A stretch of DNA of 64,000 nucleotides. Source: an uncultured Gammaproteobacteria bacterium (GTDB lineage: Bacteria; Patescibacteriota; Microgenomatia; Woykebacterales; RBG-16-39-9b). Where the stretch lies: NCBI GenBank assembly GCA_965231125.1, contig OZ246414.1:448137-512136 (forward strand). The letters run 5' to 3'. The translations under genes were made by a program, and so were the position numbers. The notes below the pieces were generated by a model. That model was not told the origin of the DNA. It saw nothing but the letters and a program-made list of their open reading frames with translations, and did not search any database. Positions 1 to 9,402 of this stretch are shown in pieces (positions within the stretch are counted from its first letter, which is position 1; the number at the start of each line of letters is the position of its first letter).

Positions 1-23
1 TCTTTTCAGTAGCCATAGAAATC

Positions 24-920
24 CTATTTTACCATTTTTTTGATAAGTTTAGGGAGATCATCGGGTATTTCTGCAATAACCACTCCTGCAGACTCCAACG
101 CTTTAACTTTGTCGGATCGATGACCCATACCAGCCTCAATTATAGCACCTGCATGTCCTAAAGCCTGCCCGTGGGGAAGCATTTCGGCAAAAAGACCGGA
201 AATAAAAGCGGCCACCGGTTTGGTGAATTTCTTGCTTTTTATAAACTCGGCCGCTTCTTCCTCGTAAGTACCTCCGTGCTCGCCAAAAAGTACCACTGCT
301 TTTGTTTCTTTGTCTTGTTCGAATAATTCTAGGAGATCGGTAAAGGTTGAACCAACAATCATATCCCCACCTATCCCGACGACCGTAGATTGGCCTAAAC
401 CTTCCTTTTTCAAGATATAAGAAACTTCACTGCTCATCCCGCCACTTTTTGATATTACTCCGATCTCACCACGCACAAACGAAAAATTGGGATCATCTCC
501 ACCGATACTGCCCAGTTTTGCTTTTCCGGGAGAGATGATTCCAATCGATGAAGGACCGACAATCCGCACATTTTTTTCTTTGGCGTAGGCTACTACGTAG
601 GCCGTGTCCGAAATCGGCATGTGTTCGGTTAAAACATTTATCAAGGGAATATTGTGAGCAACCGACTCTAAAATAGCATCTTTGGCTACCATTTTTGGGA
701 CCGCGGCGAATGAAGTATTGATTTCTGGGAATTTATTTAGAGCCTCTTCAACGGTGTCAAAAACTGGCACTCCTTCACTTTCTTGGCCGCCTTTACCAGG
801 GGTTACCCCGGCTAAAACTTTAGTACCATAGGCAACCATTTGCTTAATTGCCCGTTGGCCTTCTTTGCCAGTGGCTCCTTGAACTAAAACTTTTGTATTT
901 TTACCCACTAGTATGCTCAT
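24..920 (-). CDS. sucD: succinyl-CoA synthetase alpha subunit (CoA-binding/ligase-CoA domains)
   Basis: N-terminus MSILVGKNTKVLVQGATGKEGQ...YGTKVLAGVTPGKGG closely resembles the canonical SucD N-terminus; 298 aa. Confidence 0.85.
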   Translation of the reverse strand: MSILVGKNTKVLVQGATGKEGQRAIKQMVAYGTKVLAGVTPGKGGQESEGVPVFDTVEEALNKFPEINTSFAAVPKMVAKDAILESVAHNIPLINVLTEHMPISDTAYVVAYAKEKNVRIVGPSSIGIISPGKAKLGSIGGDDPNFSFVRGEIGVISKSGGMSSEVSYILKKEGLGQSTVVGIGGDMIVGSTFTDLLELFEQDKETKAVVLFGEHGGTYEEEAAEFIKSKKFTKPVAAFISGLFAEMLPHGQALGHAGAIIEAGMGHRSDKVKALESAGVVIAEIPDDLPKLIKKMVK

Positions 921-1088
921 ATTTTAATTTTAGGTTCGCCGATCAGCAATCTTTTCGGCTTCAAATCCGCGCGAATTAAGTCAAGTTATAAGTATAGTCA
1001 TCGGCGCTTGTGCCTATGAAGCCTCAAAAATTGGATCAGCCCACCTTTTTTTACGACATTCCCGCGAGCATTAGAAAAGCTATGCTCT

Positions 1089-2291
1089 TCACTGCTTATA
1101 CTCGTTTACTAAGTCAACCAAAACCTTTGCCGTGCTTGTCATTGGAGTCTCGGGTCCAAAGATGTGAAAATCAAAGCCTTCTTTTTTACCAACCTCTTTT
1201 AACATTTTAAAAGCCTCTTCGTAGCGCGGGCCGCCGCGGCGGATAACAATTGGATAAATTGGCTTGGGTTTTATTTCCCGCAAGGCGTCTACAAAACCGG
1301 CTAAAGTCTCATAAATATCAGTGAAGTTTGCCGTTGCGCCCACAAACCAGGCGCCGTTTAACCCTTTCTTCGAGAGAACAATTTTAGAAAGCTTTTCAAG
1401 CTTTTCTCGCGGGGGGTTGCCTGAGTGCTCCGTATAGTTTGCTGGCTTTCCACCTAGAGCCATTAGGGCGTCCATGTTTACCAACGAACCACCACCGCCG
1501 GCGGCAATCACTCCGATATCACCATTAAGTTCAATGTAAGTAGAGCCGGCCGAGCCTCGATGATCATTTGCATCAATCTCTTTCGCTTGCATTTCTGCCT
1601 CTGTTGGCTTTTTTCCTAAAACATCTCTTGGGGGAAAATCCAAATCGGTGTGACGAAAATCGGCCTCGTCGTCCAAAACTACTTTTGCGTCAGCAGCGAA
1701 AAATTCTTCGTTTTCGGTTTCAATTAGCGGATTAATCTCCACCAGCCGGGCATCGTACTTTGTGAAAACTTCCCACATTCCAAGTAAGATTTTGGTAAGT
1801 GCGAGGAAATGAATTCCAGAAAAACCTGCTTCGGAAAGAGCCTGTCTTGCTTGCCAGGGTTGCAGTCCTTGAATAGGATCAATGGATAATCTTTTAACAG
1901 CGCCTTTGTCTTTTGCAAGTTCCTCAACTTCAACTCCACCTTTTTTGGAAACCAGTACTATCGGTGATCGTGACGAAGTATCGTAAGTTATACTAAAATA
2001 ATACTCAGCAGCCTTATCTACCAAGTAAGACTCAATTAGAACTTTTTGAATTTTTTCTCCACCAACGTCGCTATCTAAAAGATTTTTAGTAGCTACCTTA
2101 ACCTCGTCAATATCTTTGCAGGGTTTAACTAAACCTGCCTTACCTCTTCCTCCGGAGAGGACTTGGGCTTTTACAATCGCTGGTAAGTCTAAGCCTTCGA
2201 TTTCGTCAGCCGAGGAAACAACTAAACTCTCAGGAACTGGAATCGAAGAGCCCTTGAAAAGTTTTTTGCCTTCAAACTCATAAAGTCTCAT
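1089..2291 (-). CDS. sucC: succinyl-CoA synthetase beta subunit (ATP-grasp)
   Basis: MRLYEFEGKKLF... start typical of SucC, ATP-grasp then CoA-ligase domain, 400 aa, immediately upstream of sucD on the same strand. Confidence 0.8.
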   Translation of the reverse strand: MRLYEFEGKKLFKGSSIPVPESLVVSSADEIEGLDLPAIVKAQVLSGGRGKAGLVKPCKDIDEVKVATKNLLDSDVGGEKIQKVLIESYLVDKAAEYYFSITYDTSSRSPIVLVSKKGGVEVEELAKDKGAVKRLSIDPIQGLQPWQARQALSEAGFSGIHFLALTKILLGMWEVFTKYDARLVEINPLIETENEEFFAADAKVVLDDEADFRHTDLDFPPRDVLGKKPTEAEMQAKEIDANDHRGSAGSTYIELNGDIGVIAAGGGGSLVNMDALMALGGKPANYTEHSGNPPREKLEKLSKIVLSKKGLNGAWFVGATANFTDIYETLAGFVDALREIKPKPIYPIVIRRGGPRYEEAFKMLKEVGKKEGFDFHIFGPETPMTSTAKVLVDLVNEYKQ

Positions 2292-3055
2292 ATTTTATTC
2301 AAAATAGTTTGTAAGTTATTTTTAACACCTTTATTTGAAGCCCAGATGAAATTCACTTTTGTCATGTTTGTATCAAATGGTTTATCTAATTCGACATACC
2401 CACCGGCCTCTTGAACTAAAATAATTCCGGCAGCAACATCTACCAACTTTGTTGTTTCAGAGAGATCAATGTAGGTTTCTACAGAACCCTGGGCGACAAA
2501 GGCCAATCCTAAACTACCAAGCCCGAAAGTCCTTATTCTAAAAAAATTCTCGATCAACTTATTCATTTTTTCAATATTGCGCTTATTAAGTGGGGGTTCT
2601 ATGTAGGCTATAGAATCGCTTAAGGTTTTTTTATCGGAAACTGTTATTTTTTTTCCATTTAAAAAAGCTCCTTGATCTTTAATAGCGTAATATTGATCGT
2701 TACTTTTTGGGACATCAATTAGTCCAAAAATCAAACCATTATTATATGAAAGAGCGATACTTGTGCTGAATGAAGGTATTCCTAGTTTGTAGTTTTTCGT
2801 TCCGTCTAAAGGGTCGATGATCCAGGTAAAATCTGAGGTTTTTTTGGTTAGGCCTCTCTCCTCTCCTAAAATGTTATCGTCCGGAAAACTATTAGTTATT
2901 ACTTCTCTAATAGCGTCTTCAACATGAATATCTATATTCGTTTCTAGCTTACGGAAATTTTTAAGTAGAATTTTTTTACTGATCTTAGTGGATTCTTGAG
3001 CAACTAAATTAATTTTTTTAAAATCAAATTTATAACTTTGACCTGAATTTATCAT
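2288..3055 (-). CDS. inositol monophosphatase family protein (IMPase/FBPase-like)
   Basis: WIIDPLDGTKNY and LVDVAAG motifs of the IMPase fold; 255 aa. Confidence 0.7.
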   Translation of the reverse strand: MINSGQSYKFDFKKINLVAQESTKISKKILLKNFRKLETNIDIHVEDAIREVITNSFPDDNILGEERGLTKKTSDFTWIIDPLDGTKNYKLGIPSFSTSIALSYNNGLIFGLIDVPKSNDQYYAIKDQGAFLNGKKITVSDKKTLSDSIAYIEPPLNKRNIEKMNKLIENFFRIRTFGLGSLGLAFVAQGSVETYIDLSETTKLVDVAAGIILVQEAGGYVELDKPFDTNMTKVNFIWASNKGVKNNLQTILNKI

Positions 3056-4322
3056 AATTCGTATTTACAGTATTTTCCGTTTTTTCATATTCTTGTTTTA
3101 ACAAAATCTTTCTTTTTTCTTCTACATCTTTGTTGATTATTACAGATGGTCCTATTAAAGAGTTGGTGCCAATTCTTACACCAGGCATTGTTGTAGCGTT
3201 TACGCCAATTCTCACTCCACTACCACATATTACGCCTAGTTTTTCTCTTTTGGTGTCTAATTTATTTTCACCAGTTTTTATTGTTTTATTGTCCAGCCTT
3301 AAATTAGATATTACAGCTCCAGAGCCCATGCCCAAATTTCCTTCAATTACGGAGTCACCCACGTAATTAGTATGAAACCAACTGTTGTTTCCTACGTAAC
3401 TTCTTGTGATTTCCGTACCAAAACCAATCACGACGTTTTCAGCTACAATAGATTCTCTAATTAATGAATTAGTACCAATAATCGAATTTTTTCCTATGTA
3501 GCAAGGACCTTTTATAACCGCATTTTCTAAAATTCTTACTCCGTCTTCTATAATAGTCGGACCTTCAATAATTGCTGATTTGGAGATATTTGCCTTAATA
3601 CTAATTCTTCTTGAAGATTGTTTTAAAAGAATTTCCATAAGATCTAAAATATGCCACGGGTACTTTAAAGCTAGCCATGAGCCACTATACTCGGAAAGTC
3701 CAATTGTTAGGTTGTCTTTAATAAACATAGTCAAAGCAGTTTCGTAGTTATCGTCTCTATCACTTTTTGCTTTCTTTAAATAAGAAATAAGCTTTTTACC
3801 ATCTTTAAAATAATCAACAACAAGTTTAACAAAATTACTCGGTTCTTTACCTATTTCTGGTTTTTCAACAATGTCTAAGATCTTTCCGTCTTCTACTTTT
3901 AGATATGCCCCAGGAAAGTATTCTTTGACCTTATGGAAAGTAAAAATTGCATCAAAATTAGATTTTTTAGAAAGTTCAATAATTTTCTCATATGTTTTTG
4001 CCTCTGTTAGGTCATCGGCATTAGTAATAACAATTTCGCCACTAACAAATTTTTCAGCAGAAAGGAGTGCATCAGCCATACCCTTTGCTTCTTTCTGTAC
4101 AACCATTTGAACGCTGAGGCCGAGTTCGTCGGCAATTTTCTCTAAAGCCTCCTTATTCTCAGGATTAGCGATTATAACAATGTTATTAAAGGATTTTAGG
4201 TTGCTTAAAGTTTTAAGTATATGGAAAAAAAGAGGTTTCCCTAGAAAACTTAATAGTAGTTTGTCAGTCTTTAAAGGCCACATTCGTTTGCTTTTACCAC
4301 CCGCTAAGAGTATAAGTGTCAT
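3030..4322 (-). CDS. sugar-phosphate nucleotidyltransferase with C-terminal hexapeptide-repeat (left-handed beta-helix) acyltransferase domain, GlmU-like
   Basis: N-terminal LILLAGGKSKRMWP NTP-transferase motif; C-terminal half has many [LIV]G.N..I hexapeptide repeats; 430 aa resembles archaeal-type bifunctional GlmU. Confidence 0.55.
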   Translation of the reverse strand: MTLILLAGGKSKRMWPLKTDKLLLSFLGKPLFFHILKTLSNLKSFNNIVIIANPENKEALEKIADELGLSVQMVVQKEAKGMADALLSAEKFVSGEIVITNADDLTEAKTYEKIIELSKKSNFDAIFTFHKVKEYFPGAYLKVEDGKILDIVEKPEIGKEPSNFVKLVVDYFKDGKKLISYLKKAKSDRDDNYETALTMFIKDNLTIGLSEYSGSWLALKYPWHILDLMEILLKQSSRRISIKANISKSAIIEGPTIIEDGVRILENAVIKGPCYIGKNSIIGTNSLIRESIVAENVVIGFGTEITRSYVGNNSWFHTNYVGDSVIEGNLGMGSGAVISNLRLDNKTIKTGENKLDTKREKLGVICGSGVRIGVNATTMPGVRIGTNSLIGPSVIINKDVEEKRKILLKQEYEKTENTVNTNYDKFRSKL

Positions 4323-4472
4323 GCTTAATTCTTGTTGAAAACGAAGCGAAACTGCAAACCTGCCCCGTATAAAATACTTCTCATATAATGCGCGAATTAT
4401 ATCTGAAAATAGGCGAGTTTACAAGCCTACAGGAAATTTACTGAACTGAAGAGGAAATTAGTAAGGAACCTC

Positions 4473-4501
4473 TTGACAAAGCTAACCCGAAGCTTTACTA
4501 T
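4473..4501 (+). promoter_or_regulatory. sigma70-like promoter candidate for the mraZ/dcw operon
   Basis: TTGACA at 4473-4478, 17-nt spacer, TACTAT at 4496-4501. Confidence 0.35.
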
Positions 4502-4507
4502 ATAAAT

Positions 4508-4542
4508 AGTGGTAAAAAAGGGTAAAAAGTGGAGCATAGTGT
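4508..4542 (+). promoter_or_regulatory. array of four AGTGG-like boxes at about 10-bp spacing in the mraZ leader (candidate MraZ operator)
   Basis: AGTGG at 4508, AGGGT at 4519, AGTGG at 4528, AGTGT at 4538; MraZ is known to bind direct GTG-containing repeats at helical spacing upstream of its own gene. Confidence 0.4.
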
Positions 4543-4613
4543 AACACACTGGCTTCCCCCTCCACACAGCCTGCCTTTCTGGACAGCAGGTCTCTTTATC
4601 CCTGCCTAGGGAC

Positions 4614-5060
4614 TTGTTTAAACTTCTTATGTTCCTAGGCGAGTTCCGACACAACATTGATTACAAAGGTAGGCTTTCCGTACCTAAAAAATTTAGAGAA
4701 GGATTAGGCGTAGGTTCGGTGCTGACTAAAGGCTTAGATCGATGTCTTTTTCTTTATACCAGGCAAGCTTGGATAGCTCTTAGTAATCGGGTTCGGGAGC
4801 TTCCAGTTACAGCCGCAGACGCAAGGGCTTTTAGCCGGTATTTATTTTCTGGCGCTACTGAAATCCAATTCGATCAACTCGGCCGGATTTTTATACCCGA
4901 CTACTTACGAGCCTACGCAAATCTGAAAAAAGAAGTTGTAGTGGTTGGGGTTTTGGAAAGAGTTGAGATTTGGGATAAAACAGCTTGGAGCAAAGTTAGG
5001 AAAAGCGTTGAATCTCGCGGAGAGGAAATTGCCGAAAAACTTACGGGGACCGGAATATGA
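4614..5060 (+). CDS. mraZ: transcriptional regulator MraZ
   Basis: MFLGEFRHNIDYKGRLSVPKKFRE is the hallmark MraZ N-terminus; alternative start at the internal MFLGEF Met (4629); first gene of the dcw cluster. Confidence 0.85.
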   Translation: MFKLLMFLGEFRHNIDYKGRLSVPKKFREGLGVGSVLTKGLDRCLFLYTRQAWIALSNRVRELPVTAADARAFSRYLFSGATEIQFDQLGRIFIPDYLRAYANLKKEVVVVGVLERVEIWDKTAWSKVRKSVESRGEEIAEKLTGTGI

Positions 5061-5920
5061 AGTTTTTTCATAAAAGCGTTCTTTACAAGGAAGCTTTAGA
5101 CGCTTTGGATGTCAGACAGGGTGAAACTTACGTAGACGCGACGTTGGCGGGTGGAGGCCATACCGAGGGAATTTTAAAAGCGGGAGGGAAAGTTATCGGA
5201 ATTGATTTGGATCCAGAAGCCCTAAGTTTTGTTAAAGATAAGCTTAGTTCAGATAGGCTCATTTTGGAAGAAGGAAATTTTAGCCAGATCGACAAAATTT
5301 TGGAAAAACACGCAGTTTCACAAGTCGCCGGAGTACTTTTTGATTTAGGAGTCTCAAGTCACCAACTTGACACGAGGCAACGAGGTTTTGGATTTAAAAA
5401 CGCAGCACCTTTGGACATGCGAATGAGTCCAAAGCTGTCAGTCACGGCAGCAGATTTAATAAATGGTTTAAACGAAGGAGAACTTTATGAACTTTTTACT
5501 AAACTTGGTGAGGAACACTATGCACGACGTATTGCTCGTGCTGTCGTGGCCTACCGATCCGAGCAAAAAATAGAACAAACTGATCAGCTAGCGACTCTTG
5601 TAGAAAAGGTAATGGTTGGGTCTCACGCGACAAAAGTTCACCCCGCGACGAGAATTTTTTTAGCTTTAAGAATCGCCGTAAATGACGAGCTTAACAACTT
5701 AAAAGAAGCTTTACCAAAGGCAACTGAAAGATTAAAGAAGGGGGGAAGATTAGTTGTCATAAGTTTCCACTCCTTAGAGGATCGAATCGTTAAAGATTTT
5801 ATTAAGGCAAACGCTAACTTAAAGGATTTAACCAAGAAACCAGTAGTTCCGACCGAAAGGGAGATTAAGGAAAATCCAAGAGCACGAAGCGCAAAGTTAA
5901 GAGTAGCGGAGAGGATGTAA
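5057..5920 (+). CDS. rsmH: 16S rRNA (cytosine1402-N4)-methyltransferase RsmH/MraW
   Basis: SAM-MTase motifs (VDATLAGGGH), position after mraZ, 287 aa. Confidence 0.85.
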   Translation: MKFFHKSVLYKEALDALDVRQGETYVDATLAGGGHTEGILKAGGKVIGIDLDPEALSFVKDKLSSDRLILEEGNFSQIDKILEKHAVSQVAGVLFDLGVSSHQLDTRQRGFGFKNAAPLDMRMSPKLSVTAADLINGLNEGELYELFTKLGEEHYARRIARAVVAYRSEQKIEQTDQLATLVEKVMVGSHATKVHPATRIFLALRIAVNDELNNLKEALPKATERLKKGGRLVVISFHSLEDRIVKDFIKANANLKDLTKKPVVPTEREIKENPRARSAKLRVAERM

Positions 5921-5990
5921 GATGTAAGACTTCAGATTTAAGATATCTTAGGTCCTAAGCCCTAAATCTTATATCTAAACTAACCTGCCC

Positions 5991-6326
5991 ATGAGACATA
6001 GAAGAAAAGAAACTGTCGAAAAAAAGAAAAGTATTTCTTTGCATCTGCCATTTCCCCGGCTCCTTTGGTTTGGCAGTTTAGTTTTAGTGGTTTTGCTTGG
6101 TGTAAATATATACTTCGCAAACTTATTAGCAACCTCAGGTGTACGGATGACCGCCTCAACCCAAAAAGTTCAAAAACTGGAAAAGGAAAAAGAAGATTTA
6201 GAAAATAAAATCAGTGAACTTGGATCTGTCTCCAAAATAGAAAATAAAGCGGCGAGATTAGGGTTTGTTCTGCCAGATAGCGTTGAAGTGTTATCCTCAC
6301 CGACTCCAGTTGCCGAGAGGCCATGA
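5991..6326 (+). CDS. ftsL: FtsL-like cell division protein (single TM plus coiled coil)
   Basis: TM helix followed by a Lys/Glu-rich coiled coil; position between rsmH and ftsI; start overlaps ftsI. Confidence 0.45.
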   Translation: MRHRRKETVEKKKSISLHLPFPRLLWFGSLVLVVLLGVNIYFANLLATSGVRMTASTQKVQKLEKEKEDLENKISELGSVSKIENKAARLGFVLPDSVEVLSSPTPVAERP

Positions 6327-8086
6327 AAGGTTGGCGGCTTTTATTTGTCCAAATTCTTTTCCTGATCGTTGCCATCGTAACAGGCGGCCGTCTACTTTAT
6401 TGGCAAGTTCTTTTGCACAGCTCCCTAGAGGCGAAAGCTTCAAGTCAACATGAAGTTACCACATTGCTAGTTGGAGAAAGAGGCAAAATATTCGCTTCTG
6501 ACGGTTCGTTACTAGTGGGCAACCAACCGGCTTACTTGCTTTATGCCAATTTGACCTTCTTCAGGGAAACTTTTTCTTCGGGGGCTAAGGTGAAAAGTGC
6601 CGCTAGGAAAATCGCAAAAGCCTTACTTCCCGAAATTATAAAATCTCAAAAAAATCCAGCTCGCTTATCTGGTTTGGACAAAGAAAGATTGCTTTTCAAT
6701 GAAAGGGACGATCTAGTTAGACAGTTAAGTTCGAAAAATTTAGTTTGGGTACCTCTTGCCAAAAAAATATCAGAAAGCACAAAATCGAAAGTAGCGAAAC
6801 TTAACATTGCTGGTTTGGGGTTTGAAGAAGAATCAAAGCGCTATTACCCAGAAGGAAATTTGGCTTCTCAAGTGCTAGGGTTTGTTGGTAAAGATCAGAG
6901 TGATAACGATGTCGGTTATTTTGGTTTGGAAGGTTTTTATGACGGGCAGTTGCGAGGTAGGGAAGGTCGACTTTTGCAAGAACTAGATGCGTCTGGCAAC
7001 CCTATCTTGACTAATAATGAAGATGGCTCTCTTCCCGAAAACGGTTTTGATATAACCACCACAATTGATCGAAATGCCCAATATGTTCTCGATCGAGAAA
7101 TCAAGCAGGCCACAAAAAAATATGGGGCCAAAGTAGGAAGTGCCGTGATAATGGATCCAAAAACAGGTGCAATTTTGGCGATGACAAATTATCCAGATTT
7201 TTCGCCAGCCTCTTGGCAAGCCTTTGGGTCTCTCGATTATAAGAATTCGGTCGTCTCCGATGTTTATGAACCAGGATCTACTTTCAAAGCGGTGACAATG
7301 TCATCTGGTTTAGACTCGGGGTCTATAAAACCCACTACTATTTGTCCTTGTGCCGGTCCAATTAGAATATCCGGTTACCAGGTTGAAACTTGGAATAATC
7401 AATACAATCCCCACTCAACCATTTTGGAGATTTTGCAACACTCTGATAATGTCGGTGCTGGCTTCGTTGCTCAAAAACTTGGCGTGGACCGGTTTCTTGG
7501 GTACATAAAGAATTTTGGTTTTGGCGCGCCACTTTCGATAGATCTTCAGGGGGAGGAAGGTGGTTTAGTTAAAGAGAGGCAAAATTGGTCGGATATAGAT
7601 TTAGTTACAGCCGGGTTTGGCCAAGGCATATCAGTTACCTCATTACAGATGGCCTCAGCCTATGGGGTGATTGCTAACGACGGTAAACTTATGAAACCGT
7701 ATCTTGTCAAAAAAATTTCCAGTCAAAATAAGGATGTTAATATTGAGCCCAAACTCGTTCGTCAAGTTATAAAACCAAAAACGGCAAAAATAATTAAGCA
7801 ACTGCTGCTTGGAGCTGTGCTTGGTGGAGAAGCGAGACACCTGATTCCGCGCGGTTATAGAGTGGCCGGTAAGACTGGCACCGCTCAGGTCGCAATTTCC
7901 GGACACTACGATCCGTCTCAGGCGGTTGCCTCATTTGTCGGCTTTGGTCCTGTGGAAGACCCAAAATTCGTTATGATTGTAAAATTTGTGAACCCATTCC
8001 CAATCTATGGTGCCGAAACTGCCGAGCCTACATTTTTCAATATTGTGGAAAAACTTTATCCATATTGGGGTATATCAGTGCATTAA
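6323..8086 (+). CDS. ftsI: penicillin-binding protein 2 / FtsI transpeptidase
   Basis: N-terminal TM, dimerisation domain, SxxK (GSTFK), SxN and KTGT motifs; 587 aa. Confidence 0.8.
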   Translation: MKGWRLLFVQILFLIVAIVTGGRLLYWQVLLHSSLEAKASSQHEVTTLLVGERGKIFASDGSLLVGNQPAYLLYANLTFFRETFSSGAKVKSAARKIAKALLPEIIKSQKNPARLSGLDKERLLFNERDDLVRQLSSKNLVWVPLAKKISESTKSKVAKLNIAGLGFEEESKRYYPEGNLASQVLGFVGKDQSDNDVGYFGLEGFYDGQLRGREGRLLQELDASGNPILTNNEDGSLPENGFDITTTIDRNAQYVLDREIKQATKKYGAKVGSAVIMDPKTGAILAMTNYPDFSPASWQAFGSLDYKNSVVSDVYEPGSTFKAVTMSSGLDSGSIKPTTICPCAGPIRISGYQVETWNNQYNPHSTILEILQHSDNVGAGFVAQKLGVDRFLGYIKNFGFGAPLSIDLQGEEGGLVKERQNWSDIDLVTAGFGQGISVTSLQMASAYGVIANDGKLMKPYLVKKISSQNKDVNIEPKLVRQVIKPKTAKIIKQLLLGAVLGGEARHLIPRGYRVAGKTGTAQVAISGHYDPSQAVASFVGFGPVEDPKFVMIVKFVNPFPIYGAETAEPTFFNIVEKLYPYWGISVH

Positions 8087-8127
8087 AGTTTAAGTGTTAA
8101 GTCTTATTGTGTTAAAATGCGCCTGCT

Positions 8128-9402
8128 ATGAAATCTTTGCGGGAGCTAGTTCCCCAAGAAGTTAAAAATATATACCATTTTTGCCAGGCTTTCTTGGCCG
8201 CCTTGATATACGGTTTTCCCTCAAGGAAACTTAAAATAATTGCTGTTACCGGTACCGACGGAAAGACAACTGTAGTTAATCTAATTCACCATATTTTAAA
8301 GTCCTCAGGTGTAAAAGTCTCTATGATTTCGACGACTAGGACGATCATTGGGGAAGCCAATTTTGACACCGGGTTTCACGTCACAACACCTTCACCTTTT
8401 GAAGTTCAGAAATTTTTAAGGCTAATGATAAAAGCCGGCAGCGAAGTTGCGGTTCTCGAAGTTACCTCACACGCGCTTGATCAAAATAGAGTGGCGTTTG
8501 TAAATTTTCATACAGGTGTGATAACCAATATAACTGCCGAGCATTTGGACTACCACAAAAGTTTTTCGACGTACGTTAAAACAAAAGCAAAAATCTTAGC
8601 GGGTGTTAAGTATCGGGTTTTGAATGCAGACGACAAATCATTTTCGTCTCTAGCAACAAAAGGTTCAGGCAAGCTACTTAGTTTTGGTGTTAAAAACGAA
8701 GCGGGTCTACAAGCCGTTGATATTCAAGATGGAAAAGACGATACAAGTTTTACAATAAATCTTGGCGGGCGGAAGAAAATCAGTGTCACAACCCCCCTAC
8801 CAGGAATCTTTAATGTTTATAATTGCCTTGCCGCCTGTGCAGTCGCCAAAATTTTTGATGTCGAAAATAAAGTTACCACCTCTGCACTAAAAAAATTTCC
8901 TGGTGTTGTGGGCAGAATGGAGGAAGTTAAAGAGGATCAGAATTTCAAAGTGGTTGTAGATTTCGCCCACACTCCGGCTGCTTTGGAACAGGCGGTCCGC
9001 GCACTAAGGTCAAGAACACCGGGTAGCCTTATTTGCATTTTTGGTTGTGCTTCCGAGCGGGACACCTTTAAAAGACCAATTATGGGACAGATTGCCGGCA
9101 GGCTTTGTGATTTTACAATACTGACCAGCGAGGACCCAAGAAGAGAAAATCCCCAACAAATCATTGATCAAATTGCGGCTGGTTTGAAAAAAGAAGGAAG
9201 GGTGTTGAATAAAGATTTTTGGGAGATTCCAGACAGAGCCGCGGCAATTAAAGAGGCAATCGTTAATTTAGCAAAGGAAGGCGACACTATCGGGATTTTT
9301 GGCAAAGGGCACGAAAAGAGTATGAACATTGGTGGGGTTGAATACCCGTGGAGTGACCAAATGGTAGCCCGCAATAATTTACAGGAAAGGTTGAATAAAT
9401 GA
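8128..9402 (+). CDS. murE: Mur ligase, probably UDP-MurNAc-tripeptide synthetase MurE (short form)
   Basis: IIAVTGTDGKTTV P-loop of the Mur ligase family; gene order ftsI-murE. Confidence 0.6.
   Translation: MKSLRELVPQEVKNIYHFCQAFLAALIYGFPSRKLKIIAVTGTDGKTTVVNLIHHILKSSGVKVSMISTTRTIIGEANFDTGFHVTTPSPFEVQKFLRLMIKAGSEVAVLEVTSHALDQNRVAFVNFHTGVITNITAEHLDYHKSFSTYVKTKAKILAGVKYRVLNADDKSFSSLATKGSGKLLSFGVKNEAGLQAVDIQDGKDDTSFTINLGGRKKISVTTPLPGIFNVYNCLAACAVAKIFDVENKVTTSALKKFPGVVGRMEEVKEDQNFKVVVDFAHTPAALEQAVRALRSRTPGSLICIFGCASERDTFKRPIMGQIAGRLCDFTILTSEDPRRENPQQIIDQIAAGLKKEGRVLNKDFWEIPDRAAAIKEAIVNLAKEGDTIGIFGKGHEKSMNIGGVEYPWSDQMVARNNLQERLNK

Noticed and set aside
1010-1939. Small ORFs 1010..1210 (+) and 1724..1939 (-) in the sucC region
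   Set aside because: They overlap or oppose sucC; there are no motifs and no expression signals.
4427-4657. 76-aa ORF on the - strand across the mraZ promoter/leader
   Set aside because: It covers the putative mraZ promoter and the MraZ-box array and overlaps the mraZ start; coding is unlikely.
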